64,000 nucleotides of DNA, from the NCBI GenBank assembly GCA_963834385.1, contig CAWIBO010000002.1, forward strand, positions 480,001 through 544,000, given 5' to 3'. Under the pieces are notes generated by a model. That model did not search any database. It saw nothing but the letters and a program-made list of their open reading frames with translations, and was not told where the DNA came from. Numbering within the stretch: position 1 is the first letter of the stretch; each line of letters begins with the position of its first letter. Positions 60,648-64,000 of the stretch are shown here, piece after piece. This stretch comes from an uncultured Verrucomicrobiae bacterium. Lineage in GTDB: Bacteria; Verrucomicrobiota; Verrucomicrobiia; Chthoniobacterales; UBA10450. Made by a program: the position numbers and the translations under genes.

Positions 60648-60975
60648 GGTAGGGCGAGACTCCGTCGAGCCTGGGGGAAGAGCCAATGGCTCTCAGAAGA
60701 CAGGATTAACAGGAGGGACAGGATTCCTAGGCAAGGGAAGAAAATGTTCCAGAGGGCAGAGAGCGTCTGAAGTGATGGCGGCGCGTGCTCCCAGGCTCCG
60801 CGGAGCGTCGCCCTACCGAAGAGGCGCACGCATACACGATTCACCATTTACGACTCCACCATTCACGCCACTCTCCCCCCCGGTAGGGCGAGACTCTGTC
60901 GAGCCTGGGAGAGGGCGTGGCCCCGCCACCAAGCTGCGGCGCGTGCTCCCAGGCTCCGCGGAGCGTCGCCCTACC
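60648..60975. repeat. Two REP-A inverted doublets (60648-60817, 60882-60975) separated by heptamer repeats
   Basis: GGTAGGGCGAGACTCYGTCGAGCCTGGG ... CCCAGGCTCCGCGGAGCGTCGCCCTACC twice. Confidence 0.88.
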
Positions 60976-61002
60976 GGAGAGGCGCCCCGCGGGGCAGACC
61001 CC

Positions 61003-61924
61003 CTAAAGGGAAAACTCCGCCTGCGCCGGGCGGGCCACCCGGGCTGACTCGTCCCGGACTTCCTGCAGGAGGGACTTGAACTCGCATTTCTCCAGCGTCT
61101 CGAGCAGGCGCGGATAATCAGGCGTGATGCGAAGGTCGTCGATTGGCACCGGGAGCGGGGTCTCACAATCAAGCGCAACCATCCGGCGGTTCTGCCGGAT
61201 TTGCTCCTGCGCGGCGCGCAGTTTCTCGCGGGTCTTTTCGCTCTTGATCCGGTCGAGGTTGGCCAGGAGTTCGTCCAGGCTGCCGTGCTCGTTCAGGAGC
61301 TTGGCCGCGGCTTTCCGGCCAATCCCGACGCCGGGAATGTTGTCGACCGAATCACCGGCCAGGGCGAGGACATCGCCGATCCGCTCCGGCGGCACGTCCC
61401 ATTTGGCCTTCACCTCGGGTTCACCCAGCAGGGCGAAACCCGTCCTTGGGCGAGGCGAGGTCGGCCTTGGCCGTGCTGTAGACTTTCACCGTCGGACCAA
61501 CCAGTTGAAAAAGGTCCTTGTCGTTCGTGGCCAGCACGGTCTCGATTCCGCGGCGGCTGGCGGCCAGGGCGTAGCATCCCATCAGGTCGTCGGCTTCCGT
61601 GTTCGGCAGGGCAATGTTCCGAAAACCCATTTCCGGCATCATGCGCCGGATAAAATCGAGCTGCGGCACCATCGGAGCCGGCATTTCCTTGCGCGTTTCC
61701 TTGTAGGCCGGCTGCAGCTCAACCCGTTTCTGCGGCAGACCTTGATCCCAAAAAATCGCCCCGAGATCGGGCTGAAGATGTTTCAGCATCAGGCGCAGCG
61801 TCTTGGTGAAGCCGAAGATGGCGTTGGTCGGTTCGCCGCGTGAATTGGAGAGGTTCTGGATCGCGAAGAACGAACGGTAAACGTAGTAATGACCGTCAAC
61901 GAGAAGCAGCTTCACCGGGTTCAC
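61003..61924 (-). CDS. Stand-alone 5'-3' exonuclease (PolA N-terminal-like); apparent frameshift near 61438
   Basis: LLLVDGH..YRSFFA, YKETR, EADD, DKDLFQL, then LAGDSVDNIPGVGIG.K.A in another frame. Confidence 0.9.
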
Positions 61925-61983
61925 GTTAGCGAAAGGGAGCGCCGCGCCAACTGTGATCAGGCCGCTCGCTCGCTCTTTCTTTC

Positions 61984-62143
61984 CGTCATCCCGAGGCGCA
62001 GCCGAGGGACCTCCCCTACGCCAGTCGAGGACGCACGCTCACGCGAACCGGCGGCGGTGGCACTGGAGGCGTTGCTCTTCTCTTTTTCGCACGTCCACCG
62101 GGAACCGTGGGGTCCTTCACCGTCTGCGCGGTTCAGGATGACG
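61984..62143. repeat. GTCATCC...GGATGAC palindromic element (MITE/RPE-like)
   Basis: CGTCATCCCGAG..GAGGGACCTC ... GGGGTCCTTC..TTCAGGATGACG imperfect terminal inverted repeats. Confidence 0.7.
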
Positions 62144-62169
62144 CTGCCGCGAAAATCCATCGCCCCACT

Positions 62170-63291
62170 TCAGGACGTCGCTTGCCCTGACGCGAGCGCG
62201 TGCTCTTGCGCGCTCCATTCACGATAAATCTGCGGGGCGATCTCCGAAGGCTTGATCTCGCTGCGGCCGCCCCAGAACACGTTGGTGTAGCTCACCGGGA
62301 TCCGGCAAACCTCGAGATGCTCGTCGATCGCCCGTTTATGCTCGAGCAAGCGCGCTTTCTCCGTCCCATGCGCCACCGCCATGATGTTGACGTCGCGGAA
62401 CTCGGGGCCGGCCTCACGCCAATAGCAGTGGGTCAGGATGTGGTGCCGGCCCACCTCGCCGCCCGCCTCCAGTTCCCGCCCGGGCGGCACCGCCCAATGA
62501 AAAAGAGCGTTGAACCGCGTCACCCGCACGCCGGTGGCGGACGGTTTCACATGCTCGAGGAAAGTGGAAAAACGGCCGACGATCTTGCGCCGGGCCAGGC
62601 TCTCCGCCACGGCGCAAAACTCATCGAGATCCATCCCCGCTTCTCGCGCCCGGGCCGCCCACGGGTTGGGCCGGATTTCCTCCGGCGCAAATTCGCGCTT
62701 CAAGGCCACCAGCACCTCCCACTCGCGCTCATTTAACTCGGCCACCTGCACGGGCACCATCTGCGCGGGGTGATCGGCCCGGCTCCCCGGCGGGATTTCC
62801 TTCCGGCGAACATGCCCAACCCCGAGCGCAAAGATCCCTTTCGCGGGCATGATCCGAAAACGTTCCGCGCCGACGATGCCCTGGAGTCTCTCGCAATGGG
62901 CCTGGAGCGAAAACCCCTGCGGCACCTTGAGCGTGGTCCAGAGCTTGTAGTCCGACCCGGCGGTAGCCGTATCGGTCGAACGCAGGACGACGTGCCCGGA
63001 AAACGGGTCGCGCTGCGACATGAAATCAAAGGCGGCATCGATCTCTTCCGGCGACACTTTCCACGCCACCAACGCGCCCTGCGCCAGGTTGGTCGCAAGC
63101 AGGGTCTGCCGCACGCGCCGGACCGTGCCCGCACGCAACATCGCCTCGATCCGCGCCCGCACCGTTTCCTCGTCCACCCCGGAACGCTCCGCGATCAGGG
63201 CAAAAGGTTCGCGGACGAACCCCTCGATTTTGTCCTCGGAAACCGCGAGGATGCAGGCGTTGACCGGGTCGTGGTGCTCGACGGGCAGCAT
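62170..63291 (-). CDS. Fused AhbA/AhbB (NirDL-like) siroheme decarboxylase-like protein, Lrp/AsnC fold
   Basis: Two repeats of PF..IA/PW...A helix motif, ALVAWKV/ALFHWAV, THCYWR. Confidence 0.75.
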   Translation of the reverse strand: MLPVEHHDPVNACILAVSEDKIEGFVREPFALIAERSGVDEETVRARIEAMLRAGTVRRVRQTLLATNLAQGALVAWKVSPEEIDAAFDFMSQRDPFSGHVVLRSTDTATAGSDYKLWTTLKVPQGFSLQAHCERLQGIVGAERFRIMPAKGIFALGVGHVRRKEIPPGSRADHPAQMVPVQVAELNEREWEVLVALKREFAPEEIRPNPWAARAREAGMDLDEFCAVAESLARRKIVGRFSTFLEHVKPSATGVRVTRFNALFHWAVPPGRELEAGGEVGRHHILTHCYWREAGPEFRDVNIMAVAHGTEKARLLEHKRAIDEHLEVCRIPVSYTNVFWGGRSEIKPSEIAPQIYREWSAQEHALASGQATS

Positions 63292-63357
63292 CCGCATCCA
63301 TCCGCTGAAGAGGAGAGGTTGTCCACCGTGCGCGTCTGTGGAAAGGAAAAGGAGTCC

Positions 63358-64000
63358 ATGAAACAATCCCCGCCGCCTCGCGCCCTTTTTTTTGACGCCG
63401 TCGGCACGCTCTTTCATCTGCCGCTCGGCGTGGGCCACCACTACGCCCTGGCTGGCCGACAGGTGGGTGCGGAACTTGACGCACAGGCGCTCGACCAGGC
63501 CTTTGCCGCCGTTTTCCCGGCCATGCCGCCGCGACCGGTGACGGAAGGCCCGCGTGAGGACGACGACAAAGGCTGGTGGCGTGAGGTGGTGGAGCGCGTC
63601 CTGGCCCAGGTCCCACACCGGTTGTCCGAACTGGATCGCGACAGTTTTTTCGAGACGGCCTACGAACATTTTGCCGAGGCCGGGGTCTGGGAGCCGTTCC
63701 CGGAGACGAGAGAGGTCGTGGAGCGCCTGCAGGAGCGTCTCCCGCTTTATGTCGTCTCGAATTTCGACGGCCGGCTCCGAATCATCCTGGAACGGCTCGG
63801 TCTCTCGAAATTTTTTCGCGGCGTCTTTGTTTCAAGTGAGCTGGGGGCGGACAAGCCCGACCCGCGGATCTTCCAGCGGGCCGCGGAATGCGCGGGAATT
63901 CCGCTGGGCGAAATTCTTCATGTGGGAGACGATCCGGAACGCGACTGGGCCGCGGCCCGGCAGGCCGGTCTGCAGGTTTTCGAGCTGCGACGTCCCGGCG
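63358..64000 (+). CDS. HAD-IA family hydrolase (3' end outside window)
   Basis: Manual translation MKQSPPPRALFFDAVGTL..VSNFD..KPDPRIF..HVGDD. Confidence 0.9.
   Translation, partial: MKQSPPPRALFFDAVGTLFHLPLGVGHHYALAGRQVGAELDAQALDQAFAAVFPAMPPRPVTEGPREDDDKGWWREVVERVLAQVPHRLSELDRDSFFETAYEHFAEAGVWEPFPETREVVERLQERLPLYVVSNFDGRLRIILERLGLSKFFRGVFVSSELGADKPDPRIFQRAAECAGIPLGEILHVGDDPERDWAAARQAGLQVFELRRPG

Noticed and set aside
63298..63669. N-terminal extension of the 499-aa minus-strand ORF
   Set aside because: Antisense to the HAD hydrolase starting at 63358.

Overview
GC-rich bacterial chromosomal window. Gene style (archaeal/eukaryote-type ProRS, ECF sigma + Ser/Thr kinase pair, GYF_2 protein, tRNA-Arg(UCG)) suggests Verrucomicrobiota, probably Chthoniobacterales (inference). 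Housekeeping genes: proS, rplM-rpsI, rnpB, acnA, tRNA-His, tRNA-Arg, deoC, ALDH, can, birA, nadC, guaD, a 5'-3' exonuclease and an AhbAB-like protein. Accessory modules: (1) a five-gene winged-helix/membrane/ferritin-like operon with two copies of a palindromic operator; (2) a cnrYXH-CBA-like metal efflux system with three identically spaced GAGGG-N15-TCGTT ECF-type promoters, preceded by an unannotated 53-aa ORF with a sigma54-like promoter and an ssrA-like tail; (3) an ECF sigma-kinase pair divergent from alpha-2-macroglobulin-pbpC; (4) an apparently circularly permuted TrxB-like flavoprotein fused to a NapH-like membrane ferredoxin; (5) an autotransporter between deoC and ALDH. Intergenic DNA carries two GTAG-type REP families, a GTCATCC palindromic element, 6/7/9-mer microsatellites and a candidate sRNA or attenuator upstream of guaD. 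Six genes have single-base frameshifts, mostly at short homopolymers, most likely assembly errors. All calls come from motif recognition by eye; no database searches were run.
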